Positions 50,378 to 60,775 are shown, counted from the first letter of the stretch. The stretch: DNA of 64,000 bases from Truepera sp. (GCA_965218435.1 CBDCKW010000009.1:1888001-1952000); one strand, 5' to 3'. Notes: generated by a model from the letters alone, not told the origin. Program-made: numbers and translations.

Positions 50378-53300
50378 ATGGCGGACGCTTCTAAAATTCT
50401 CAAGCCGGACTCAGCAAGTACGTCTCAACCGCTCAAGTTCGCACACCTTCACCAGCACACGGCGTACAGCCTCTTGGACGGGGCCGCGCGGATCAAAGAC
50501 CTGATGCGGTGGGTGAAAGAGGTCTCACCGGAAAACCCGACGGTGGCGATGACCGACCACGGCAACATGCACGGCGCGGTCGAGTTTTATAAGGCGGCAG
50601 AAAAGGAGGGCGTCAAACCGATCATCGGTTTTGAAGCGTACGTCACCGCCGGATCACGTTTTGAAAAAAAACGCCCCTCAAATAAATTAGACGGCGGCTA
50701 CTTTCACCTGACGCTCTTAGCGAAAAACTTTAAGGGCTACCAAAATCTCTGCAAACTGAATTCTCGGGGGTGGCTCGAGGGCTTTTACATGAAACCGCGC
50801 GTAGACCACGAACTCCTGCGTGAATACAGTGAGGGCGTGATTGCGCTGTCGGGTTGCCTGGGCGCACAACTCCCGCGCAATCTGCTCGATGTCGGGCTCG
50901 AGGCGGGTGAAGAGGTTTTACGGCAATATTTAGACATCTACGGCGACAACTTTTTTATCGAACTGCAAAACCACGTCCCGACCGAAGCGTCGGAGATGAC
51001 GGACTCTTTACAGGACCTGACCGAGCAGCAAACCCGGCTCAACCCCATGCTCCGTGAACTAGCCGATAAACACGGCCTCGGGATGATCGCCACCAACGAC
51101 GGGCACTACGTCAAAAAGGACGACGCCAAAGCGCACGAGGCGCTGTTAGCGATTCAGACCAAAACGACACTGTCTGATCCCAAACGCTTCAGATTCCCGT
51201 GCGACGAGTTTTACGTCAAAACGCCCGAAGAGATGGCGCAGGCGATTCCTGAAAGTGACTTTCCAAGTGCGTTAGCAAACAGCGTCACGGTAGCCGACAT
51301 GTGCGACGTCACCTTGCCCATCGGTTCAAACCGTGTATACCAGATGCCTGAACTGCCGATTCCGGCGGGGCGTACGCTGGCTGAACAGCTCCGAGTGCAG
51401 ACGTATGAGGGCTTGATCGAACGCTACGAGGTCATCACTGAAGACTTGTACCGGCAGTACCTGAGCATGACTGAAAGTGAAAAACTAGATGATTCGGGAA
51501 CCCTCGAGGACGTGCTCGACAAGCTCGCCACCGCGGGCGAACTGTGTCAGCGGCAAGCTAAAGACGCCGGGACGAAATACGTTTCTTACGCGCACCTAGA
51601 AAAGCTCAAAACCGAGGGCAGTATCAGCGAAGAAGCCATGATCATTCTAGAAAGAGCCGAATACGAACTCGGCGTGATTATGGCGATGGGTTTCCCCGAC
51701 TATCTCCTCATCGTGGCAGACTTTATCAACTGGGCCAAAGATCAGGGAATTGCGGTCGGGCCGGGGCGCGGCTCGGGCGCAGGCTCGATTGTCTGCTACG
51801 CTACCCGCATTACCAATATAGAGCCATTACGGTACGGCCTCCTTTTCGAACGTTTTTTGAATCCTGACCGGGTGAGTATGCCTGACATCGACGTAGACTT
51901 TTCCGACTCGAGGCGTATGGAAGTCGTCGAGTACGTCCGGCAAAAATACGGTGAGGAAAAAGTTGCGCAAATTGCGACTTTTGGAACGATGGCGTCAAAA
52001 GCAGCCGTGCGTGACGCGGCAAGGGTGTTAGAAATCCCCTACGCCGACGCCGACGCCGTATCGAAACTCATCCCGGTTGTGTTTGGTCGTTCAACACCCA
52101 TCAAACGGGCGATGGACGAAGTTTCGGAAATCAAAACCTTGTACGACAATGGGGCCAAAGAGTTTATGGACGTCGCCATCAATTTGGAGGGCTTGACGCG
52201 GCACGCTTCGGTGCACGCGGCAGGCGTGATTATCTCCCGTGAACCGGTACAAGAACTCGCGCCGGTCTTTCGCAGCGGTGACGGCCCGATTGTCTGTCAG
52301 TACGATATGGGCTCGGTTGAAGAGATGGGCTTTATCAAGATGGATTTCTTGGGACTTAGAACCCTAACATTCATCGAGACGGCGCTGCGGATTATCAAAG
52401 AGTCGCAGGGAAAAGAGCTTATTCCCGACGATTTTCCTTTAGAAGACGACAAAACCTTCGAGTTGCTGGCGCGTGGCGAGGCCGTAGGTGTCTTTCAATT
52501 TGAAGGTCCTGGAATGATTGACACGCTAAAAAAGCTCAAACCGACCCGCATTCAAGACCTGATTGCAGTTTCGGCCCTGTACCGCCCCGGCCCGATGGAA
52601 AATATCCCGACCTATATCCGGCGGCACCATAAGCTTGAAGCGGTGGACTACACCGAGCAGTTTCCTAAAGCGGGAGCATACCTCGAGCCCATCTTGGAGG
52701 AAACCTACGGCATCCCGGTCTATCAAGAGCAAATTCTAAAAATAGCCCAGGCGGTAGCGGGCTACAGCTTAGGTGAAGCAGACCTTTTACGCAAAGCGAT
52801 GGGCAAAAAAATTCTCGAGGCGATGGTCAAACACCGCGCGATTTTCGAGAAAGGTGCAGCACAGAAGAGTATCCCGGCAGGCGAGGCGAACGCGATTTTC
52901 GACCTACTCGAGAAGTTTGCCAATTATGGCTTTAACAAAGCACATTCAACAGCTTACGGGATGCTCTCTTACCAAACCGCGTACCTCAAAGCCCACTACC
53001 CCGTCGAGTTCGCCGCTGCGCTTTTAACCGTTGAACGCGGCGATTCGGACAAGGTGGCGCAGTACGCCGCCGACGCACGGCGCTTGGGCACCGAGGTCTT
53101 GCCACCCGACATCAACGATTCACGGAGCGACTTTACGCCCGTCGGTGAGGTGGTGCGTTTCGGGCTTTACGGCATTAAAAACGTCGGGGACGGCGCAGTC
53201 GAGCATATCCTCAAGGTACGCGAGCAGGGCAAGTTCAAAGACCTGTACGACTTTTGCAAACGGGTTGACGCGTCTTTGGTCAACAAACGGGCGCTCGAGC

Positions 53301-54220
53301 ACCTGGTCAAGGCGGGGGCGTTTGACAAGGTGGGTGACCGGAGTACGATTTTGGCCAACTTGGAAGCGGCGATTAAATGGGGTGCGGCAGAGCGCGAGAG
53401 TGCTTCAGCGGGGCAGTTCGGACTCTTTGGCGCGGAAGAAACCAAACCGCCCGAGGTCAAGGTCACGCCGTACACGCAGCTCGAGCTGCTCAAATTTGAA
53501 AAAGACGCGCTCGGCCTGTACATTTCCGACCACCCGATGAACGCGTATCCGGGTCTGGCGGAAGCCGCGAGCTGTACGGCGGCAGGGCTCGAGCGGTGCT
53601 ATCAAACCCTGGTCAACGCAAGCCGGGGCGACCCACGGCAACACATCGTTTTAGCCGGACTCATCCAAAAGGTACAGAAAAAAGCAACCCGCTCGGGCGG
53701 GATGATGGCGTTTTTTGAGTTGGCCGACGAGACCGGCAGCCAAGAGGTGGTGGCTTTTGGCCGGACGTATGAAGACATCGCCGACAAGTTGGCGGAAGAC
53801 GTACCGGCGGTGCTCGTCGCTGAAGCGTCGGACAAAGACGGCAGCGTCCGGTTGGTCGTAGACCGGCTGATCCGCTGGGATGAGCGTGCGGTTTTACCCG
53901 AAGTGGCGATTGCCGAGTTTCGGCTCGAGGAGGTCAACGAGACGATGCTCACAGATTTTCGCTCGCACGTAGACGAGTACGCTGGCACGACTAGCCTACA
54001 CCTCAAGGTACGCTCGGAACAGGGTACCGCAACTTATCAGACCGACGCACTCCGGGTTGCTAAAGAACATTTGGACGATTTGCAGCGGAGTTGTCCGTGG
54101 CTCAAAGTGTCGGTCACGCTCGACCGGAGCAACCTTTTGCGCGCCGCGGCGAGCCGAGGTAACCGCTTCGGCAGGCCAGCGCAAGAGACGAATACCCGTC
54201 CAGCGGAAGTTCCTTTTTAG
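50378..54220 (+). CDS. dnaE: DNA polymerase III alpha subunit
   Basis: PHP domain HLHQHT.YSLLDG, GRGSGAGS, MPDIDVDF, YGFNKAH, OB fold; no intein motifs. Confidence 0.98.
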   Translation: MADASKILKPDSASTSQPLKFAHLHQHTAYSLLDGAARIKDLMRWVKEVSPENPTVAMTDHGNMHGAVEFYKAAEKEGVKPIIGFEAYVTAGSRFEKKRPSNKLDGGYFHLTLLAKNFKGYQNLCKLNSRGWLEGFYMKPRVDHELLREYSEGVIALSGCLGAQLPRNLLDVGLEAGEEVLRQYLDIYGDNFFIELQNHVPTEASEMTDSLQDLTEQQTRLNPMLRELADKHGLGMIATNDGHYVKKDDAKAHEALLAIQTKTTLSDPKRFRFPCDEFYVKTPEEMAQAIPESDFPSALANSVTVADMCDVTLPIGSNRVYQMPELPIPAGRTLAEQLRVQTYEGLIERYEVITEDLYRQYLSMTESEKLDDSGTLEDVLDKLATAGELCQRQAKDAGTKYVSYAHLEKLKTEGSISEEAMIILERAEYELGVIMAMGFPDYLLIVADFINWAKDQGIAVGPGRGSGAGSIVCYATRITNIEPLRYGLLFERFLNPDRVSMPDIDVDFSDSRRMEVVEYVRQKYGEEKVAQIATFGTMASKAAVRDAARVLEIPYADADAVSKLIPVVFGRSTPIKRAMDEVSEIKTLYDNGAKEFMDVAINLEGLTRHASVHAAGVIISREPVQELAPVFRSGDGPIVCQYDMGSVEEMGFIKMDFLGLRTLTFIETALRIIKESQGKELIPDDFPLEDDKTFELLARGEAVGVFQFEGPGMIDTLKKLKPTRIQDLIAVSALYRPGPMENIPTYIRRHHKLEAVDYTEQFPKAGAYLEPILEETYGIPVYQEQILKIAQAVAGYSLGEADLLRKAMGKKILEAMVKHRAIFEKGAAQKSIPAGEANAIFDLLEKFANYGFNKAHSTAYGMLSYQTAYLKAHYPVEFAAALLTVERGDSDKVAQYAADARRLGTEVLPPDINDSRSDFTPVGEVVRFGLYGIKNVGDGAVEHILKVREQGKFKDLYDFCKRVDASLVNKRALEHLVKAGAFDKVGDRSTILANLEAAIKWGAAERESASAGQFGLFGAEETKPPEVKVTPYTQLELLKFEKDALGLYISDHPMNAYPGLAEAASCTAAGLERCYQTLVNASRGDPRQHIVLAGLIQKVQKKATRSGGMMAFFELADETGSQEVVAFGRTYEDIADKLAEDVPAVLVAEASDKDGSVRLVVDRLIRWDERAVLPEVAIAEFRLEEVNETMLTDFRSHVDEYAGTTSLHLKVRSEQGTATYQTDALRVAKEHLDDLQRSCPWLKVSVTLDRSNLLRAAASRGNRFGRPAQETNTRPAEVPF

Positions 54221-54241
54221 CCCTGTCTCGACATGTTCTGA

Positions 54242-54285
54242 GCGAAGTTCCTGTATAAGACGTGACGGGAACTTCGCCTATTTTT
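54242..54285 (+). terminator. Terminator after dnaE
   Basis: gcgaagttcc-N16-ggaacttcgc-ctattttt. Confidence 0.6.
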
Positions 54286-54299
54286 GCGTAGGGTGGACT

Positions 54300-54600
54300 G
54301 TGAAACCAACCTACACGTCAGTTCAGCGTCTCGTCTCTCGCCGCAATCTCCTCAGGGGTTTGGGTATCGGTGCGCTCGGCGCGAGCGTCAACCTCGCCTC
54401 AGCGCAAGAAGCGCCGCCGCAAGGAATTTTGGGCCTCGAGCACACCTCGGTCGGTGACGTTCAGATTGCGGTTATCAAGGACGTAAGCCTCCTCCCACCC
54501 GGCGCGTTTGGTGGCAGCGCACCTGAGGGCGCAGTTGGTAAGCTTTTAGGTTAGTACAACTTGCCAACAGACAGCACCGCAGCGAGTGCAAGCGGAACTC
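54300..54600 (+). pseudogene. 5' fragment of a Tat-exported (MBL-hydrolase-like) protein
   Basis: SRRNLL Tat motif, VGD..I.V..D, in-frame TAG 54552-54554; remainder missing before the TA module. Confidence 0.55.
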
Positions 54601-54631
54601 AAGCAGAAACTGAAACGAATACGATGCTTTA

Positions 54632-54653
54632 ATGTCTCAGAACTCTGATACAT
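54632..54653. promoter_or_regulatory. Imperfect palindrome over the TA promoter (probable antitoxin operator)
   Basis: ATGTCTCAGA-AC-TCTGATACAT overlaps -10 TACATT, which lies 6 nt before ATG 54661. Confidence 0.6.
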
Positions 54654-54660
54654 TTGCACG

Positions 54661-55143
54661 ATGCCTACTCACTTTAAGCTCGAGCCCCTTTTGCGCCGTC
54701 ACAACAAAAGCGTGCTGACGCTGGCTAAAGCTAGCGGACTTGCCAAAACTACGGTCTACAACCTCGTCAATAATAAAGCGAAAGCAGTTGAGCTCGAGAC
54801 CTTGAGTAAACTTGTAGACGGGCTCGAGCGCCTGACGGGTAAAACCATCACTTTTGATGACGTTTTGGAGAAGGAGCCGCAAGAGCGCAACACGCTCCTA
54901 GACGCCCTGCTCAAAGACGCCAAGCCGCTCGATTGGGACAAGATGATAACGGGTATTCCCGATTGGACACAAGAAGAACGTGAGGAAAACTCGCGGGTTT
55001 TTGAAATAGAGCGGGAGAGAAAAAATGCCAAACGCCCGTCTAAACGGCTAGAGCAAATGCTCGAGATTTTCAGCTCTAGTAAAGCGTCTACAGAAACGTC
55101 TACAGAAAAACCTATAGAAAACCCTCCAGTGACCAAGCCGTGA
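54661..55143 (+). CDS. XRE/Cro HTH protein, probable antitoxin
   Basis: LAKASGLAKTTVYNLVN...LETLSKL; stop overlaps the toxin start (GTGA). Confidence 0.82.
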   Translation: MPTHFKLEPLLRRHNKSVLTLAKASGLAKTTVYNLVNNKAKAVELETLSKLVDGLERLTGKTITFDDVLEKEPQERNTLLDALLKDAKPLDWDKMITGIPDWTQEEREENSRVFEIERERKNAKRPSKRLEQMLEIFSSSKASTETSTEKPIENPPVTKP

Positions 55144-55548
55144 GCGGCGTCTTAACTGGTAGATACCAACATCATCAGCTATATCTTTAATGGTCATTCG
55201 CTTGCAGGCGGCTACGAAAAGCATCTGCGCGGACAGACTATCCTGATAGCCGCGCAGACCGTCGCAGAGATGCGCTTTAGGGCGTACAGGGCCAGCTGGG
55301 GTGAGCGCCGCCGGAGAAGTTTAGAAGAGACGCTGGCAAATTGCACTGTTGTCTACCCGAACGATGCTATCTGCACGTTTTGGGCACGCAGCCTGTACCG
55401 CGGGTACGAACTGGGCCGCCCCCTAGACGAGTCTGACGCCTGGATAGCCGCGACTGCCCTGACATTTGGCGTTCCCCTGGTCACACATAACCGGAGAGCC
55501 TTCGACTTTATCCCTGAGCTTGACCTCATCTCAGAGAATCACACCTGA
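55140..55548 (+). pseudogene. PIN-domain (VapC-like) toxin with a +1 frameshift after codon 5
   Basis: LVDTNIISY, AQTVAE, D.WIAATAL....LVTHN...F; GTG 55140 is out of frame by one extra A at 55154-55155. Confidence 0.85.
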
Positions 55549-55644
55549 GCAAGCAGAACCTCGAGCTTACTCGGGTCAGCCAAGCGAGGTTACTTTAGAA
55601 CAGACCTACAGTGCCGTCCCCGTCGACGCGGTAAAGTCACCTTG

Positions 55645-56706
55645 ATGCCTATGCTCTCTCCCGCTGACCTCTACTCGGTCGGCGCAGGTCGCCCCGCGTA
55701 CACCCTGCTCGACGTGCGTGCGCCTGTCGAGGTCGCAGCGGGTGCCTTACCCGGTGCCGTGCCCCTGCCAATTTTGTCCGACGAAGAGCGGCACTTGGTC
55801 GGTTTGCGGTACAAAGAGACGGGGCAAGAGGCCGCGATAACTTTGGGTTACGCGCTCACCGAGTCGCACCTACCGGGGCGTATCGAGGCGTGGCGGGCCG
55901 TAGTAGCACAGGGGCCGACGGCGGTCACCTGCTGGCGCGGCGGACTCCGCAGCAAGCTCGCCGCAGAGTTTATTGGAGACGACCGCGTTCCCCGCGTTGA
56001 GGGTGGGTATAAGGCGATTCGCGCCCATCTAATACGCGAACTAGCGCCGTCGCTGGCGCGGTATGAGAGCATCGTTGTCGGTGGGCTGACGGGTTCAGGT
56101 AAAACAGCGTTGTTAGAGAAGTTGCGAGGAACCCCAAACTTGCGGGTGCTCGATCTGGAGCATGAAGCCCGCCATAGGGGGAGCGCGTTCGGGCGGCTCG
56201 CCGAACCGCAGCCTGCACAAGCGACGTTTGAAAACAGCGTTGCGACGCAACTTTTGCTAGGTAATGAACAGAGATTGGTGCTCGAGGACGAATCTCGCAC
56301 TATCGGCCGGATTGAGCTACCTGACCCGCTATATGAGGTGGTGCAAGCCTCGCCCGTGGTTTTGGTCGAAGAGCCTTTAGAAAACCGCGTCGCACGGATT
56401 CACCGGGATTATGTGCTTTCTTTGAGCCGCACACTCGGCGTTTCCGAAACGCGGCGCTATTTGAGCGGGAGCTTGTTACGCCTGAAAAAACGGCTCTCCG
56501 GCGCGGTGACTGACGCGGCACTCGGGAGCTTAGCGGACGCCGAACACTCCGGTCAGTGGACGCAAGTAGACGCGCACCGAGGTTGGATTACGCCACTGCT
56601 CGAGCTTTACTACGACCCGCTCTACCGCAAAGGACTCAAAAATTTAGGACGCCCGGTGCGCTTTGCGGGCGATTTGGAGGCGTGTTACACATGGTTGACA
56701 CAGTAA
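55645..56706 (+). CDS. mnmH: tRNA 2-selenouridine synthase
   Basis: Rhodanese LDVRAP.E, CWRGGLRS, GGYK; P-loop GLTGSGKT; HRGSAFG; EDESR.IG. Confidence 0.93.
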   Translation: MPMLSPADLYSVGAGRPAYTLLDVRAPVEVAAGALPGAVPLPILSDEERHLVGLRYKETGQEAAITLGYALTESHLPGRIEAWRAVVAQGPTAVTCWRGGLRSKLAAEFIGDDRVPRVEGGYKAIRAHLIRELAPSLARYESIVVGGLTGSGKTALLEKLRGTPNLRVLDLEHEARHRGSAFGRLAEPQPAQATFENSVATQLLLGNEQRLVLEDESRTIGRIELPDPLYEVVQASPVVLVEEPLENRVARIHRDYVLSLSRTLGVSETRRYLSGSLLRLKKRLSGAVTDAALGSLADAEHSGQWTQVDAHRGWITPLLELYYDPLYRKGLKNLGRPVRFAGDLEACYTWLTQ

Positions 56707-57776
56707 ACAAAAAAGCAGATAGAACTGTAGACAAAACGGTAAATACTCCTATCAAACTTACGCAAACCGTTAAAAAAGGTGGCTGCGCTGCGAAAATCGC
56801 CGCTGGGACGCTTTCCGAGTTGCTGCAAACACTCCCTCGTCAGAGTCACCCCGACCTGCTCGTCGGTACGGACTTTTTAGATGACGCCGCCGTCTGGCGC
56901 GTCAACGACCAGCAGGTGATGGTGCAGACCCTCGACTTTTTTACACCCATTTTGGACGACGCTTATGACTTCGGCGCGGTGGCTGCCGCGAACGCTCTAT
57001 CCGACGTGTTTGCGATGGGCGCGGCTCCGGTTACGGCGTTGACGATTCTGGCGTATCCCCTAGACACCTTGCCGCCCGACATACTGCGCGAGCTGATGGC
57101 CGGCGCAGTTGAAAAGGTCAATGAAGCCGGGGCGTGTCTCGTTGGCGGTCACTCGATTGACGACGACACCCTCAAACTCGGGTTTAGCGTGACGGGATTG
57201 GCGCACCCGGACCAGCTCTGGAGCAACCGGGGCGCACGTGAAGGCGACACACTCATCTTGACCAAAGCCGTCGGCACCGGCACACTGACGGGCGCACTTA
57301 AAAACGGTGAGCTGGGCTATGACGATATTGCCGAAGCGATTTCTTCGATGAAGACGTTGAATAACTTGGCGTTGCCAAACGAGCTGCACAGCGCCGTTCG
57401 CGCGGCGACCGACGTGACAGGCTTCGGCATTTTGGGACACGCACTGCATCTGGCGCAGGGCGGGGGCGTTACCCTCAACTTGTCAGCACAGGCCGTCCCC
57501 CTCTTAGAACACGCCGCCGACACCTTAGCCAAAATCCTGACCAAAGCCCACCGGAGCAACACCGGCTACGTGCAGGCCCACACAAGTGGACGTGAGCGCA
57601 TCTCGGAAAGTACGTGGTGGGCGCTGACCGACCCGCAAACGTCAGGTGGATTGCTGCTCGCCGTTTCACCTGAACAAGCTGACGAGTTGTTGAACTTTAT
57701 CCAGCCTAAGTTTCCCAGGGCTACTGTGATTGGCCGAGTTGAGAAGCGAGGAGAAAGGGCGCTCGAGGTCGCCTAG
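56691..57776 (+). CDS. selD: Selenide, water dikinase (Cys form)
   Basis: GGCAAKI, DDAAV, DFFTP, ANALSDVFAMG, TDVTGFG, DPQTSGGLL. Confidence 0.95.
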   Translation: MVDTVNKKADRTVDKTVNTPIKLTQTVKKGGCAAKIAAGTLSELLQTLPRQSHPDLLVGTDFLDDAAVWRVNDQQVMVQTLDFFTPILDDAYDFGAVAAANALSDVFAMGAAPVTALTILAYPLDTLPPDILRELMAGAVEKVNEAGACLVGGHSIDDDTLKLGFSVTGLAHPDQLWSNRGAREGDTLILTKAVGTGTLTGALKNGELGYDDIAEAISSMKTLNNLALPNELHSAVRAATDVTGFGILGHALHLAQGGGVTLNLSAQAVPLLEHAADTLAKILTKAHRSNTGYVQAHTSGRERISESTWWALTDPQTSGGLLLAVSPEQADELLNFIQPKFPRATVIGRVEKRGERALEVA

Positions 57777-57936
57777 AGCCACCTTTTAAGATCGGCCGGA
57801 AGCATTACAGCAGGCCGAGAGTCAGAAGTAAGCACACAAAAGTCAGTCGGTAACATCCGGCGGCTAACTTGATTAAGACCCTCGCGTCTCGTGCATTCAA
57901 AACGTAGAGACGTTATAAAAATAGCGTAAAAACACG

Positions 57937-59028
57937 TTATACCGCCTGCTTTTGTTTAGCCCGCAGGTCAATCTGCGTCGCCGCCATCTTAAAGCTCTGC
58001 GAACTCGTCGCCGCGTGAAAGCCGGTGTCAAAGTCAATCTTGCCCTCGGCGTAGAGTTCGGCAAGAGCGTCGTCGAAAAGCTGCATCCCGTCGAGCTTCG
58101 AGTCGCGGAGCGCGTCGTAGAGTTCGCCGTAGCGGTCTTCGTCGCGGAGTAAGTCTTTAATCCGCAACGTCCCTTTCATAATTTCAGACGCGGCAATACG
58201 GCCGCCGCCCGCCCGCGGCAACAGCCGCTGTGACACGATGCCGACGAGCGAATCGGCAAAAAGAACTCTGGCCGACGCCCGTTCATGAGGGGGAAAGAGT
58301 TCCATCACGCGGTTCACCGTGCGCACCGTATCGAGCGTATGCAGCGTACTAAAAACCAGGTGACCCGTCTGCGCGGCGCTGATGGCCGCGGCCGCCGTCG
58401 CGTAGTCACGGATTTCGCCGATCATAATGACTTCGGGGTCTTGCCGCATCGCCGCGACGAGCGCCTCGGAGAAGGTCAACGCGTCTACCCCGATTTCACG
58501 CTGGACGATGATCGAGCGTTTGGTGCGGTGCAGGTATTCGATCGGGTCTTCGACGGTAATAATCATCTTGTCGTGTGTCTGGTTGATCTCGTCAATGATC
58601 CGCGTCAAGGTCGTAGATTTACCCGAACCCGTCGGGCCGGTGACTAAAATCAGGCCCTTTTCTTGGTCTCGAAAATATTTGAGCAGGTCAGGCGGTAAGT
58701 TCACCACGCGGAGTTGTGACTCATCCGAATTGATCACACGCAAAACGGCGCTGACCGACGACCGCTGATGAAACAAGTTCACCCGGAAACGCGCCACCCC
58801 GCTGACACTGTAGGCGAGGTCAACTTGGTGCCGGTCGGCAAAAATGGCCTTTTGCCGTTCGTCACACATGATCTCTAAAAGCGATGCGGTCGCAGCGGGC
58901 GAGAGTTTAGTCTCGCCGACCGGGACGAGCCGCCCGCTCAGGCGGGCCATCGGATACATCCCGGCGTGGAGGTGAATGTCCGACGCACCTTTGGCGACGA
59001 ACGAGGTAAGCATATCGTTAAAGGTCAT
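57937..59028 (-). CDS. pilT: PilT/PilU type IV pilus retraction ATPase
   Basis: ASDIHL, GPTGSGKSTT, EDPIEY, RQDPEVI.IGEIRD, TGHLV.STLHT; ATG lies 6 nt after TACACT. Confidence 0.9.
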   Translation of the reverse strand: MTFNDMLTSFVAKGASDIHLHAGMYPMARLSGRLVPVGETKLSPAATASLLEIMCDERQKAIFADRHQVDLAYSVSGVARFRVNLFHQRSSVSAVLRVINSDESQLRVVNLPPDLLKYFRDQEKGLILVTGPTGSGKSTTLTRIIDEINQTHDKMIITVEDPIEYLHRTKRSIIVQREIGVDALTFSEALVAAMRQDPEVIMIGEIRDYATAAAAISAAQTGHLVFSTLHTLDTVRTVNRVMELFPPHERASARVLFADSLVGIVSQRLLPRAGGGRIAASEIMKGTLRIKDLLRDEDRYGELYDALRDSKLDGMQLFDDALAELYAEGKIDFDTGFHAATSSQSFKMAATQIDLRAKQKQAV

Positions 59029-59094
59029 GGCGTCAGTGTAAAAAGTTGGAGCGGGGTATGGGGCTAAAAAAGCCATAGTTGTAAGAAAGAATTG

Positions 59095-59122
59095 AGAATA
59101 CAGAAGTCAGAATGCAGAACTC
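59095..59122. repeat. Heptamer tandem repeat AGAAnnC x4
   Basis: agaatac agaagtc agaatgc agaactc. Confidence 0.7.
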
Positions 59123-59245
59123 ATACGCCGGAGAAACGTCCCTCAAGAGTCCCAAATCCGTTACCTAGAGCAAATTTTACGTTTTGACCCTCAGCTAAAC
59201 TTAAGAGATGGTTAGTCAGCACAAACTATTACAAAAGATAACGTT

Positions 59246-60349
59246 ATGAGCGCGACCGCCACCGAAACCGTCACCCCACCCACGGCTGAACTTGAAGGGG
59301 CCGTCAGACAGGCGCAGCTCCGCTACGTTTCTGATCACGAACCAGGACTAGGCCGTAAACGCGCGGGTAAGGGCTTTTCTTACGTCGGCTTAGACGGTAA
59401 ACGCATTACCGACAAGGCGGTGCGTAAGCGGCTCGAGTCTCTCGTTATCCCCCCGGCTTGGGAAAACGTGTGGATTTGTTCCGATGAGCACGGCCATATT
59501 CAGGCGACGGGCCGCGACGAGCGCGGTCGTAAACAGTACCTCTATCACGAGGAGTGGCACCGCGTCAGGGACACCGCCAAGTTCGACCGGATGTTGGGCT
59601 TCGGCAAGCTCTTGCCGGGGATACGTGAGCGGGTCAAGCAGGATTTGGCGCTGCGGGGACTGCCTAAAAACAAAGTGCTCGCCGCCGTCGTGCAGCTCTT
59701 AGAAACAACCCTGATCCGCGTCGGCAACGCCACCTACGCCAAAGAAAACGGCTCTTACGGCCTCACTACCATCCGCAAAAAACACGCCCACGTCTCCGGC
59801 AACACCGTCGAGTTCGAGTTTACGGGCAAAAGCGGCAAGGAATGGGACATTGAGCTTCGTGACAAAAAAATCGCGCAGATCGTCAAAAAATGCGCGGAAC
59901 TGCCGGGCTACGAGTTATTCAAGTATTACGACGATGACGGCAAGTTGCAAGACTTGGACTCCGGCGACGTGAACGCGTACCTTAAGGAAATCACCGGCGA
60001 AGATATCAGTGCCAAAGATTTTCGCACCTGGGCCGGAACGGTGCTAGCGACCTTTACGCTGACCGGCTTGGAGCAGTTCCAAACGAAGACGCAGGCGACG
60101 AAAAATGTCACGGCGGCGATTAAAGAGGTGTCTAAAAAGCTCGGCAATACCCCGGCCGTGTGCCGTAAAAGCTACGTGCATCCGGGCGTCATTGACTGCT
60201 ATCTGGACGGCTCGCTGACCAAACTGGCCGAGGTTCGTCAGACGGTCTCGAGTTCACTTCCCGAAGGGCTCCGGGTCGAAGAGGTCGCGGTGCTGGAGTT
60301 TCTCGAGGCGCGTGAGGCGTTGGAAAAGCGTTCTGCCGCTAAAAAGTAA
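59246..60349 (+). CDS. Bacterial DNA topoisomerase IB
   Basis: IPPAW, GRKQYLYH, IRVGN..Y, KDFRTW, LGNTPAVCRKSYVHP. Confidence 0.93.
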   Translation: MSATATETVTPPTAELEGAVRQAQLRYVSDHEPGLGRKRAGKGFSYVGLDGKRITDKAVRKRLESLVIPPAWENVWICSDEHGHIQATGRDERGRKQYLYHEEWHRVRDTAKFDRMLGFGKLLPGIRERVKQDLALRGLPKNKVLAAVVQLLETTLIRVGNATYAKENGSYGLTTIRKKHAHVSGNTVEFEFTGKSGKEWDIELRDKKIAQIVKKCAELPGYELFKYYDDDGKLQDLDSGDVNAYLKEITGEDISAKDFRTWAGTVLATFTLTGLEQFQTKTQATKNVTAAIKEVSKKLGNTPAVCRKSYVHPGVIDCYLDGSLTKLAEVRQTVSSSLPEGLRVEEVAVLEFLEAREALEKRSAAKK

Positions 60350-60368
60350 AAAGTGCCATAAATCCGGC

Positions 60369-60431
60369 TTTTACGGCGAGAAATTACGGCAAAAAAATCA
60401 TAACGAGAAAAGGGGCAGGCTCGCCGTAAAA
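60369..60431. repeat. 12-bp inverted repeat TTTTACGGCGAG ... CTCGCCGTAAAA
   Basis: Read directly; downstream of the topoisomerase IB gene. Confidence 0.65.
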
Positions 60432-60480
60432 AGCTCGGCAGCTCTCTTTATCACTACAAAGCTAGCTCTATACTCCGGCT

Positions 60481-60708
60481 ATGACCAGCAACCTACACCC
60501 TTCAGATCAGAGTGAGCTTGTGCTTAGAGCTATCTCGCTTCTCCTCACTGACCTCTGCGTCACCCGTTTCGACCTGCTGCTACTTTCACGCGACCCTTTA
60601 GAAGCGGCGCAAGAGGTGATTGACAGCCTTGACCGCTACGATTTTTTAGGCGGCTTAGCGTCAGAAGCCGGTTATCAAGACCTCAAAAAGCAGGTTGAGA
60701 GCAGTTAG
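60481..60708 (+). CDS. Small hypothetical protein
   Basis: 75-aa ORF; TATACT lies 6 nt before the ATG. Confidence 0.5.
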   Translation: MTSNLHPSDQSELVLRAISLLLTDLCVTRFDLLLLSRDPLEAAQEVIDSLDRYDFLGGLASEAGYQDLKKQVESS

Positions 60709-60775
60709 TGATAGAGCGGACGCGGTCATCCGGGAGCAAAATCCTCGGTAGAATCCACTTAACTCAGTTCATCCC

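Noticed and set aside
51410..51650. Possible intein in dnaE (~70-aa insertion)
   Set aside because: No Cys/Ser start, His-Asn end or LAGLIDADG motifs; consistent with the lineage-specific insertion in Deinococcus-Thermus DnaE.
6699..54554. Amber (TAG) recoding suggested by in-frame TAGs at 6699, 21657 and 54552
   Set aside because: Many intact genes here (HAD, traB, recX, sucB, dnaE, pfkA) end in TAG at expected positions, and the implied residues differ between sites. Ordinary nonsense mutations explain it.
55645..57776. Selenocysteine in SelD or MnmH
   Set aside because: Active-site positions are TGC (Cys); no in-frame TGA.
59160..59245. DdrO radiation/desiccation response motif upstream of topoisomerase IB or recX
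   Set aside because: Only half-site matches (e.g. TTACGT); no convincing 17-bp palindrome.
59246..60349. Topoisomerase IB as a viral or eukaryotic import
   Set aside because: Bacterial topoisomerase IB is established, including in Deinococcus, and the composition here is host-like.
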